A stretch of 63,137 nt of DNA, counting the filler. It is 5 parts of 5 records of this genome, joined end to end, with 100 filler letters (N's around TTAATTAATTAA, not from the genome) between each part and the next. Parts side by side here need not be neighbours in the genome. Positions count along the whole stretch, not along the records: positions 35,416 to 53,610 come from SRR20825014_161; positions 53,711 to 60,511 come from SRR20825014_163; 3 more parts are not named here. One strand, 5' to 3'. Positions 48,976 to 56,117 of the stretch are shown here, one piece after another; position 1 is the stretch's first letter; every line of letters begins with the position of its first letter. Position numbers and translations under genes: made by a program. A model generated the notes under the pieces. That model saw only the letters and a list, made by a program, of their open reading frames with translations, did no database searches and was not told where the DNA came from.

Positions 48976-50790
48976 TTAAAGGAGTGCTACCTTTTTAACT
49001 CTGGTAGTTTTTCGAATCGGTGACTTTCTTCTTCGTTTCACTGATTTTGTTGCAACTCTTCGTGCTTTAGGCTTTTGAACCGTTTTGCGACGAATAGGTT
49101 TTTTACGCTTTACCTTGCGTGATTTTGGCACACCTGATAATGATTTTTTCTTTTTGGCGTAGGTTTTATAGATCAGATAGCCGAGTCCGACAGTTCCGAC
49201 GGCAATTCCAGCCGTTGCAATGGGGTTTGCTTTAACCCACTCGACAACTCCTTTCTTTTCGCTGTCGTCTGCACCTTTTTCATTCGCATCGTTAGCTGTT
49301 TTTTCAATCGCTGCATTGTCCTCTCCAAATTCTTCAAAGTCAATGTCGTCTCCTTCGTACTGTTCGGCAACGGCTGAAGGATCAGTTTGAGATCGTGCAA
49401 TGAGGTTGTCAGTTGAGTATTTTCGCGTTTTTTCCTCCTCATTATCCGTGTTTTCTTGAATGGCTTCTTGTTCCGCTTGAGGAGTCCCTTTTCGAAAAAG
49501 ACTACCTAGCTTTTTAATGAGGGCTGCGACTGTTCCTACAACCCCTGCTGCTGATGCGATGGCTGCACTTGTGGCAACTGCTCCTAAACCATTCACTCCA
49601 AAGTCAACATCTAATAGTTCATCTTCGAAGACATCCTCACCTAGAATAGTTGATAATCTATCTTCATCGTAAACAGGATAGCTAATCTCTCCAAGTCCAT
49701 TGAGTACCACTTGTCGATCACGGTTTCCTTTACCTGTTAGCATCGCCTTTTTAAGATTCTCGGTCTTTCCACCTGCTCCGAAGAAGATTTTTTCGAGCTT
49801 CACACGGATCTGTTTTAGCTGTTGAAATTTGGACATATCCATATTGCTTCTTTGGGCATCGCTATCCGACCAGTAGGCGAATCTTAGCTTGCTTGCTACC
49901 TTCATAACATTAAGCTTCATACTTGCCAAAACGCCTACTCGAAGTAGTGCCGTAACTGGGTTATACTTGTTCACCACATTAAGTCCTCGCTTGAGTTTTT
50001 CGCGCAATGGAAGTTTTTTAAACTCCGCTCGCTTTTCTTTGCGAACTTCCTTCTTTTCCAATCGTACTTCCTTTTTTTCGGCTCGCTTCTCTTTGCGTTG
50101 TACTTTCTTGGCTTGTCGTTCTGCCTTGCTCTTAAAGAGTCCGTTTAGGTCTTCATCGTCTAACATAAATGCTTGCGCATCCATTGGATAGTCATTGTCC
50201 AGAATTTCGTCCAACTCTTCGTATCCGTCGAACTCTTCGTCCTCGAATCCATTTAAAAATTGTAGTTCCATTTTGATGTCTTTTTTAGCGGAATACGGCA
50301 CTTCACGATTGAATTTGTGAATTACTGCATCCATGATTATTACTCCGTTATCTGTGTGAGCGATGGGGTACACGTGTTCAAATTCTGGGGATTGATACTT
50401 GGTAAGTCTCAGTGAGAAGCGAATCCTAAGATTGGTAAGGATTGATCCGATAAAAACACTCATGCAATCGCAGTCAACACCCTGTTTGCGATCCTTCCAA
50501 GTCCGTGATGGTCGTCTGACTTGTTCTTTTCCCGCATCGTCCTTGGTGTACTGCAAGTGATCAAAACAGAACTGCCAGATATTTGAGCAAGTTTCCGCTT
50601 CGGTCGATCCCTTGAGGAGTTCTGCTATTCTGCGCGTGTCTTCCAAGGTACTTTGAGTGACTTGCTTCATGAGTTCAAGGGTATCTTCAAGCTGTGCATT
50701 GGGCTTAATGACTTTGTTCTCTCCCTTTGGATTTGGAAACAAGTGTGTGTACTCCTTGCCATTTGCGATCTGTCTTCTTCCTGTCTTCAT
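48976..50790 (-). CDS. Transglutaminase-like (Cys-His-Asp) domain fused to a membrane-associated, K/R-rich region
   Basis: GVDCDCMSVFIGSIL, HVYPI, IIMDAV; two hydrophobic helices; very basic C-terminal tail. Confidence 0.8.
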   Translation of the reverse strand: MKTGRRQIANGKEYTHLFPNPKGENKVIKPNAQLEDTLELMKQVTQSTLEDTRRIAELLKGSTEAETCSNIWQFCFDHLQYTKDDAGKEQVRRPSRTWKDRKQGVDCDCMSVFIGSILTNLRIRFSLRLTKYQSPEFEHVYPIAHTDNGVIIMDAVIHKFNREVPYSAKKDIKMELQFLNGFEDEEFDGYEELDEILDNDYPMDAQAFMLDDEDLNGLFKSKAERQAKKVQRKEKRAEKKEVRLEKKEVRKEKRAEFKKLPLREKLKRGLNVVNKYNPVTALLRVGVLASMKLNVMKVASKLRFAYWSDSDAQRSNMDMSKFQQLKQIRVKLEKIFFGAGGKTENLKKAMLTGKGNRDRQVVLNGLGEISYPVYDEDRLSTILGEDVFEDELLDVDFGVNGLGAVATSAAIASAAGVVGTVAALIKKLGSLFRKGTPQAEQEAIQENTDNEEEKTRKYSTDNLIARSQTDPSAVAEQYEGDDIDFEEFGEDNAAIEKTANDANEKGADDSEKKGVVEWVKANPIATAGIAVGTVGLGYLIYKTYAKKKKSLSGVPKSRKVKRKKPIRRKTVQKPKARRVATKSVKRRRKSPIRKTTRVKKVALL

Positions 50791-50815
50791 CTTCCTTTTC
50801 TTTGAACTTCACATC

Positions 50816-51322
50816 CTACAATGTGATCGTCGATATATCCTCGTATGGATAATCGCCTACTAGCGTATATACTTGCGAAATTGTCTCGATCTCAATCTTT
50901 AACTTGTCCTTTGGGTCGGTGCTCTGTAACCGTGTTACAAGCAGTGGGCTTATGGTGGCTATCGAGAGCCACGGAACTAGGATTTTTGTTGTAATGATGC
51001 CTGTTTCATTAAAGGCTTCTATAATGATCCTTCCTGAACGATCTTTTGCGTTTTCTGGAATTTCGACACTTTGCATCGCGCTACTCGCAATGAGCCGTTT
51101 GTTTACTGACAGTTTGATCAAAGGTGCTGTCAATTTCAATTTTGCGCGTGTGGGGTTCTGAATGTTATACTTGATCAGTATGTTGATCCCCTGTGCCGTG
51201 ATACTATCCTTCTGTCCTGAGACAATAATGTTGATTTTGTCTTTTGCCCTGTTTAATCCGACTAGGTATCTAAGTCCTAAGAATGAGCCGAGACCAATTG
51301 CTATATATTTTATCGCTTTCAT
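50816..51322 (-). CDS. N-terminal TM protein with LEA2/WHy-like beta-sandwich
   Basis: TM; I.IKYNIQNPT...L.L pattern with NP motif. Confidence 0.55.
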   Translation of the reverse strand: MKAIKYIAIGLGSFLGLRYLVGLNRAKDKINIIVSGQKDSITAQGINILIKYNIQNPTRAKLKLTAPLIKLSVNKRLIASSAMQSVEIPENAKDRSGRIIIEAFNETGIITTKILVPWLSIATISPLLVTRLQSTDPKDKLKIEIETISQVYTLVGDYPYEDISTITL

Positions 51323-51326
51323 CCGT

Positions 51327-51518
51327 TTATTTCTTGTGTCCTTTCGCTACTTTTTTTTCACTTGGTATTCTGTGATTCAACTTCGTTGACATCACGTTTA
51401 CCTTGTCTTGTAGTTTGCCTACCTTTTTGGCGACTTCCTTGAAGTCTCCATGAAAATCCTTGATGAAGTAGAGGCATACTGCCACAAGGATTGAGTTGAT
51501 GATCATTATCGCTTCCAT
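51327..51518 (-). CDS. Small single-TM protein
   Basis: N-terminal hydrophobic helix, short coiled coil, basic tail. Confidence 0.6.
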   Translation of the reverse strand: MEAIMIINSILVAVCLYFIKDFHGDFKEVAKKVGKLQDKVNVMSTKLNHRIPSEKKVAKGHKK

Positions 51519-51521
51519 ATC

Positions 51522-51800
51522 TTAAATGTTTAGTTCAAAATAAGCCTCGATAGACTGCTCACAACGTTGGTTTAGGAAGATGCCTATGCCTCGTCTAACT
51601 GGAAACAGGAAGGACTTAACTTCTGAATAGTTGAGTCCGTGATGCTCACAATAACTCTTAATTGTAAACTCTTCGTGATCTACGCCAATGAAGTTTCGCA
51701 CATAGTCGTACTCCCTTTCTGCTGCTTGTTCATCCATACCCATGATCAATTGAATGTGTTCTGGGTTGATGAGTTTCTTTCTAATTAATCTGTTGTTCAT
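51522..51800 (-). CDS. Small putative DNA-binding protein, paralog of 52265-52471
   Basis: I.P..I.L ... A..E...VR ... T...YCE...L.Y..V..L shared with the paralog. Confidence 0.7.
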   Translation of the reverse strand: MNNRLIRKKLINPEHIQLIMGMDEQAAEREYDYVRNFIGVDHEEFTIKSYCEHHGLNYSEVKSFLFPVRRGIGIFLNQRCEQSIEAYFELNI

Positions 51801-51860
51801 AACATGCTTATTTTGTGATTTCTACTGTAAAGTTCCGAAGGTTCTGAAGGGGCGGTTTTC

Positions 51861-51920
51861 GATTTCGCGCGTTTTCGCTTGGTTTCGCTCGTTTTCGCTC
51901 GATTTCGCGTGTTTTCGCTT
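51861..51920. repeat. Six tandem 10-bp repeats, consensus GNTTTCGCKY
   Basis: gatttcgcgc gttttcgctt ggtttcgctc gttttcgctc gatttcgcgt gttttcgctt. Confidence 0.9.
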
Positions 51921-51932
51921 GCCCATATTGGG

Positions 51933-52253
51933 CTAATTCAGGAAGATTTGGTTAAAGTCAATCTCGATCCGTGACATGGATATTCCCTTCAATTCGCGAT
52001 GAACTGACCTTAAAGCTTCGGCAATATCCTTCCCGTAGATTTGCTCTATTCGATGTAAAATCGCAAGGATCATTTGCTCTATTCTGTGATCTTCGATCCG
52101 ATACCGTTGAGCGATCTCCTTTATTGAAGTTCCTTTAACCATTCTCTCCACAAGTAGGTTGATTTGTATATCCCGTAATTGCGACCAGATCAATGGATCG
52201 TTCTTGATCCATAGTGCCACGATCAGACTTAGTTGCTCTCTGTTGATTTTCAT
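51933..52253 (-). CDS. HTH protein (sigma region 4-like)
   Basis: GTSIKEIAQRYRIEDHRIEQMI helix-turn-helix pattern. Confidence 0.6.
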   Translation of the reverse strand: MKINREQLSLIVALWIKNDPLIWSQLRDIQINLLVERMVKGTSIKEIAQRYRIEDHRIEQMILAILHRIEQIYGKDIAEALRSVHRELKGISMSRIEIDFNQIFLN

Positions 52254-52264
52254 AATTGAAATGT

Positions 52265-52471
52265 TTAACGGTATGGATTGAGGTACTCTACTACTGTTTG
52301 GTAGTCTAGCTTGAAGTATTCGCAGTAGGCGCGTACAGTTAATTTGTCTTGTTCGACTTCCAAAATGTCACGGACAATAGCATGTTCTTTTCGTGCCTTT
52401 TCAATTCGGCAGTTATTTAGAAGCTTTATGTCCTTTGGTGTGATGTAAATTCCTCCTCTCAATTGCTCCAT
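52265..52471 (-). CDS. Small putative DNA-binding protein, paralog of 51522-51800
   Basis: Start at MEQLRGG; ITPKDIKLL..ARKE..VR..LTVRAYCEYFKLDY. Confidence 0.7.
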   Translation of the reverse strand: MEQLRGGIYITPKDIKLLNNCRIEKARKEHAIVRDILEVEQDKLTVRAYCEYFKLDYQTVVEYLNPYR

Positions 52472-52730
52472 AACCTTGATTTTTAAGATTTGAATCAAAG
52501 TTCCGAAGCGCAAAAGCGGTGGGCGACAACCAAGGGGGGGGATAGGGGGGGGGTAGTACTTGCTTTTGTGTCTTTTTTCTATCAGAAATGACCTCTTAGA
52601 GTGATAATTAATGTTAAAGGTGTAACAGAATTGCACCTATTTTGGTTATATATTCAATAAAGTGTCATTATATTACGTTAGTTACAACACTGCACAACTC
52701 AATGAACACCTAAGAATACTATTTAGAACT

Positions 52731-52964
52731 ATGCCTTCACTTAGACTATATTCTCCCACGGAATTAATCGAACTATACCCAGAAACCTTAAAAATTGGAT
52801 GGACTGCTGCCAAGATTGGGACATTCTTTCGATCTGGTCTGCTTGTAGGTTTCATTAGTGGGAAAGAGAGTGGGAAAGAGAACAAAGCCATGATTACAGA
52901 AGAGAGCTTTCTAAAGCTCATCGAATTTGTAAATCAAGTAAACTTAGATCGAAACATTCTCTAA
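52731..52964 (+). CDS. Small winged-helix/excisionase-like protein, paralog of 52984-53316
   Basis: ELI..YPE...GW....I..FF...LL.G ... I.E.S...LIE. Confidence 0.6.
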   Translation: MPSLRLYSPTELIELYPETLKIGWTAAKIGTFFRSGLLVGFISGKESGKENKAMITEESFLKLIEFVNQVNLDRNIL

Positions 52965-52983
52965 TCACAACTACTTATATCCT

Positions 52984-53316
52984 ATGACACACAATCTTTT
53001 AACATGGAACTCTGGAAATAATGGGGGCAATTCTATATCTTTGAACGCAAATGATCAAAACGGTGAAATGGATTTATTGAAACTTGATGAGTTAATCGTT
53101 AAGCACCCAGAACTTGAAAGTGATCTTGGGTGGAGTAAAGATGAAATTATTTCCTTTTTTGAAGGAAAGCTTTTACTCGGTGAGCAGAAAGAAGAAAACG
53201 GAGTTAACCAGTTGTATATATCAGAAAAGAGTCTCGAAAGATTGATTGAATACATGAGATCGTTGGAAGACTTGAAAAACAAATTCAAATTGCCTGATGA
53301 TTCTGGAAATTTTTAA
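52984..53316 (+). CDS. Small winged-helix/excisionase-like protein, paralog of 52731-52964
   Basis: ELIVKHPE...GWSKDEIISFFEGKLLLG...ISEKSLERLIEY. Confidence 0.6.
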   Translation: MTHNLLTWNSGNNGGNSISLNANDQNGEMDLLKLDELIVKHPELESDLGWSKDEIISFFEGKLLLGEQKEENGVNQLYISEKSLERLIEYMRSLEDLKNKFKLPDDSGNF

Positions 53317-53369
53317 GCGAAATTAACCAACATAGGAACAGCTCAATTTGGCTGAAAGTCAAGAAAACC

Positions 53370-53434
53370 CCATTAAACCCCATTGCGACACCATTGCGAC
53401 ACCATTACGACACCATTATAACACCATTGTCGAA
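53370..53434. repeat. Tandem 11-bp direct repeats with a CCATT core (iteron-like)
   Basis: ccattaaacc ccattgcgaca ccattgcgaca ccattacgaca ccattataaca ccattgtcgaa; followed by AT-rich DNA. Confidence 0.85.
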
Positions 53435-53610
53435 AATGGTAAAAAACAGAGTTTAAACACCTGAATATGTGTCTAAACTCCTAATTAATGTTAAGTCAAG
53501 TCAATAAGGATTGATTTCTGTTAGAATCTCAATAATTTTGAAACTCATTAATGCAATTCCAATTCTAGGAATTGCCAAGATGGTTAGGGCTAAATCGGAG
53601 GGAATCTAGG

Positions 53611-53710
53611 NNNNNNNNNNNNNNNNNNNNNNNNNNNNNNNNNNNNNNNNNNNNTTAATTAATTAANNNNNNNNNNNNNNNNNNNNNNNNNNNNNNNNNN
53701 NNNNNNNNNN
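53611..53710. other. Artificial contig linker
   Basis: N-run with TTAATTAATTAA. Confidence 0.97.
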
Positions 53711-53733
53711 CCAAATACTTCCCGAATATCCAT
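53711..53733 (-). CDS. First codons of a probable QseC-like XRE controller protein (truncated)
   Basis: Minus strand MDIREVF, divergent from qseM and beside tandem operators; only 7 codons visible. Confidence 0.45.
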
Positions 53734-53754
53734 CCGCCAGTAAAATGCGGATCG

Positions 53755-53783
53755 CGTATTTTAATGCGACGTATTATAATGCG
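53755..53783. promoter_or_regulatory. Tandem pseudo-palindromic operators (QseC/C-protein-like OL and OR)
   Basis: CGTATTTTAATGCG (53755-53768) and CGTATTATAATGCG (53770-53783), 15-bp period. Confidence 0.7.
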
Positions 53784-53906
53784 CGACACTGGAGCTGACC
53801 CGTCGGTCTGCTCACAGCCAGGACTGGAGATTTCAACCGGCCGGCGCTTGCGTACTTTATGGTTTCCGGTTCATTAATAATTCGCGCCAGACCCGTAAGG
53901 ACACCG

Positions 53907-54182
53907 ATGCCCGCCACCCAGATTATGATCGCTGACGCTCCGCCGAACGACGCGGCCGTGACCGTCTATGACCGTGATCACTTCGCGCTTTACATGCGGC
54001 TTCTCGACGCGAATGACGCGGGAGCATCGCTGGAAGAAGTGTCGTCGCTTCTGCTCGGCATCGATGCGGATGAGGAACCGGAACGCGCCCGCCGTGTCCA
54101 TGACAGTCACCTGTCACGCGCTCGCTGGATGACCGAGCAAGGTTATCGAGACCTGCTGAAGAATGGCCTTCCCACGGGCTGA
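53907..54182 (+). CDS. qseM: QseM-like antiactivator (DUF2285)
   Basis: T.YD..H..Y.RLLDA..G....V...LGID...EP.RA....SHL.RARWM...GYR.LL. Confidence 0.8.
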   Translation: MPATQIMIADAPPNDAAVTVYDRDHFALYMRLLDANDAGASLEEVSSLLLGIDADEEPERARRVHDSHLSRARWMTEQGYRDLLKNGLPTG

Positions 54183-54313
54183 AGAGTGCTCTGATGCGTC
54201 CAACGCATCACACGATGCCTGCGGCCATACTATGCAACCGCAGATTTATTGAGAAACATCCCAAACAACTGACGCTGCTCCACATTTCGGCGCGTGATTG
54301 GGAGGAGTTCGCC

Positions 54314-55022
54314 ATGCCAACCGACTGGCGCGACGATCACCAATACGATCATTTCGATGATCTCGGCATCTCCGGACTCGCCTGGGAATGCCTTCGACGA
54401 AACCTGCACTATCGCAAGGACTATAACCTGATGCGGGAGGGCGGTAGCGCTCCAGCCGACTGGGGGTTGCGATTTCCTTGCAGATCCAAAACTCAATGCG
54501 CTCAACGCACCAATCTACTGGCTCCCATCCGCAGCGCCTGCGGTGGTCCAACTCATCGCCGTTCTGCCGGACATCGGCTTGACCGCATCCATACCCCCCG
54601 AAAGCATTGCGGACCGCAAGATCGACGCCGAGGGACTGTCATGGGTTCGGCTGAAGGAAGGCGTCAATCTTGTCGGCGATCAGGTCGGTGATGGGCCCGT
54701 TGGCCTCCTGCTGCCACTCGATGGCGACTGGCCCACTAGGCTCGCTGCGGCTGATCGACTGTATCACCAAATCATCGACCGCGATGCCGATCCGCCAATC
54801 ACGCGGCAGCGACGCGACCGCCTGAAACGCGCTCTGCGGACAATCGACGGACGCCAGAGCGGCGCCAGCTATCGCGCCGTCGCTACCGTTTTCTTTGGCG
54901 CCGATCGCGTCGCCGCCGAACCCTGGAAGACGAGTTCGCTTAAGGCGCAGGTTGCGCGCCTGGCATCCCATGGCCGAATGATGATCGATCAGGGGTATAG
55001 AAATCTGCTGCGCGGCAAGTAG
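54314..55022 (+). CDS. fseA: FseA-like transfer activator (msi172-msi171 type), produced by +1 programmed ribosomal frameshift
   Basis: ORF1 from the ATG at 54314 (GGAGG RBS) has AWECLRRN..Y; slippery site GAC TGG GGG TTG CGA TTT CCT at 54458-54478; the +1 frame runs open into a DUF2285 domain (ALRTIDG...GASYRAVA..FG..W..SSLK..GYRNLL). Confidence 0.85.
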
Positions 55023-55081
55023 TCATCAGACCCTGCAAAGATTGCTATCTTTTCCCTGCGGCAATCTCAGAGAGGGAAAAC

Positions 55082-55612
55082 ATGACCAGAAACCGTTGGG
55101 AAGATGATCCTGCCGCAATCGCCGAAGCGGAGCGCTTCTATAGTTTTGTGGGGCAATACGTAATCTCGTTTCAATGGCTGGAAGGGCAGATCGATCAAAT
55201 GTTTCTGCTCGCGCGCGGCCATGACGAATGGAACGAAACCCACCATTGGCTCGCTGGGCTCAGGAATGTCGACAAGATCAATGCGTTCCGCGACCTAGTG
55301 CAGGCTGACGAACCCTTCGATCGCATTCAGATTGACGGCTGGTATGAACACTTCGAGCAAGTGGTCGATCGTCTACATACAGAGCGCAAGCGGCGAAACG
55401 GCATCCTCCACTCACAGTTCTTGTTCGATTTCCTCGCAATCGGACAGCCCATCATGCGGTCTGACGTGCATCGTCGGGGACACGATGTAGATTTCACGCA
55501 GGAAGATCTCTCGCAGGCTCGGTGCGACGAAATCATGGGCGAGCTCGCAAAGCTCGCCGTTGATCTGAATTTCGTCTGCGTGCAGCTTCGTCACGTCTAC
55601 AGGCTAAGCTGA
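55082..55612 (+). CDS. Cargo protein with HEPN-like R-x4-H motif
   Basis: All-helical; GQYVISFQWLE ... RNGILH. Confidence 0.55.
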   Translation: MTRNRWEDDPAAIAEAERFYSFVGQYVISFQWLEGQIDQMFLLARGHDEWNETHHWLAGLRNVDKINAFRDLVQADEPFDRIQIDGWYEHFEQVVDRLHTERKRRNGILHSQFLFDFLAIGQPIMRSDVHRRGHDVDFTQEDLSQARCDEIMGELAKLAVDLNFVCVQLRHVYRLS

Positions 55613-55713
55613 TCTTTAGAATACACGTCAGTCTGACATCTCGCACGACCAATCTCCGTCCTTTGGAACGCCACCCAACCGCGTCGGGAATATGCATGTG
55701 CTGATGACGGTAT

Positions 55714-55749
55714 GGGGTGACGTTTTTACCATCCGCTGATCGTCATCCC
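55714..55749 (+). promoter_or_regulatory. Inverted repeat upstream of rdfS (candidate FseA-binding site)
   Basis: GGGGTGACG-N18-CGTCATCCC (8/9 complementary). Confidence 0.45.
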
Positions 55750-55832
55750 TCCCGGCCTCGCTTCTCCGCTTTTCTCGTCTCCGACAGTCCCGCGCTTCCC
55801 GCAGCGGGATGGCCTAACCGGAGACGCGACCC

Positions 55833-56117
55833 ATGCCCGATCCCAATGCCGGACTTCCCCCACGCTATTTAAGAACGCCTGAAGCGGCCCGTTTTCTCGG
55901 CCTTTCGGGGCGGACGCTCGAAAAACATCGCACCTACGGCACGGGACCGCGCTACTCGAAGATCGGCGGGCGTGTCGTCTACGCGATCGAGGATCTGCAG
56001 GCCTGGGTTAGCCGGGGAGAGAAGAACTCGACCTCGGACGACACGGGCGACGAGGTGTTGCCCGCCAAGCGGCATGCAGCGATCTCGCCCGCCTATGCAC
56101 GGAAGGCCCGCTCATGA
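55833..56117 (+). CDS. rdfS: Excisionase / recombination directionality factor (AlpA/MerR-like HTH)
   Basis: RYLRTPEAARFLGLSGRTLEKHR..GTGP.Y.K.GGRVVY. Confidence 0.85.
   Translation: MPDPNAGLPPRYLRTPEAARFLGLSGRTLEKHRTYGTGPRYSKIGGRVVYAIEDLQAWVSRGEKNSTSDDTGDEVLPAKRHAAISPAYARKARS

Larger units (their letters stand above)
35416..53610. mobile_element. Putative provirus or virus-like element of a Bacteroidota-like host (tailless, membrane-containing type); incomplete
   Basis: Dense co-oriented operon with overlapping stops and starts, many TM and K/R-rich proteins, lysis genes and a DarB-like gene; no terminase, portal, tail or integrase visible. Confidence 0.7.

Noticed and set aside
52472-52636. 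N-terminal extension of the 123-aa ORF (PPPIPPL)
   Set aside because: It reads through the poly-G promoter region; paralog alignment and the 12-bp box support a start at 52471.
51861-53434. Short tandem repeats as a possible CRISPR array
   Set aside because: Units are 10-11 bp and contiguous, with no unique spacers and no cas genes.
35416-53610. Tailed prophage or contractile injection system
   Set aside because: No terminase, portal, HK97 capsid, sheath, baseplate or tape-measure motifs were recognised.
53316-54182. Virus-like element and ICE as one composite mobile element
   Set aside because: They are separated by an artificial linker and differ sharply in GC content and apparent host phylum.
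54194-54691. 165-aa ORF as a stand-alone gene
   Set aside because: Only 54314-54475 looks like real coding sequence (msi172-like, with RBS); the remainder is zero-frame run-on past the frameshift site.
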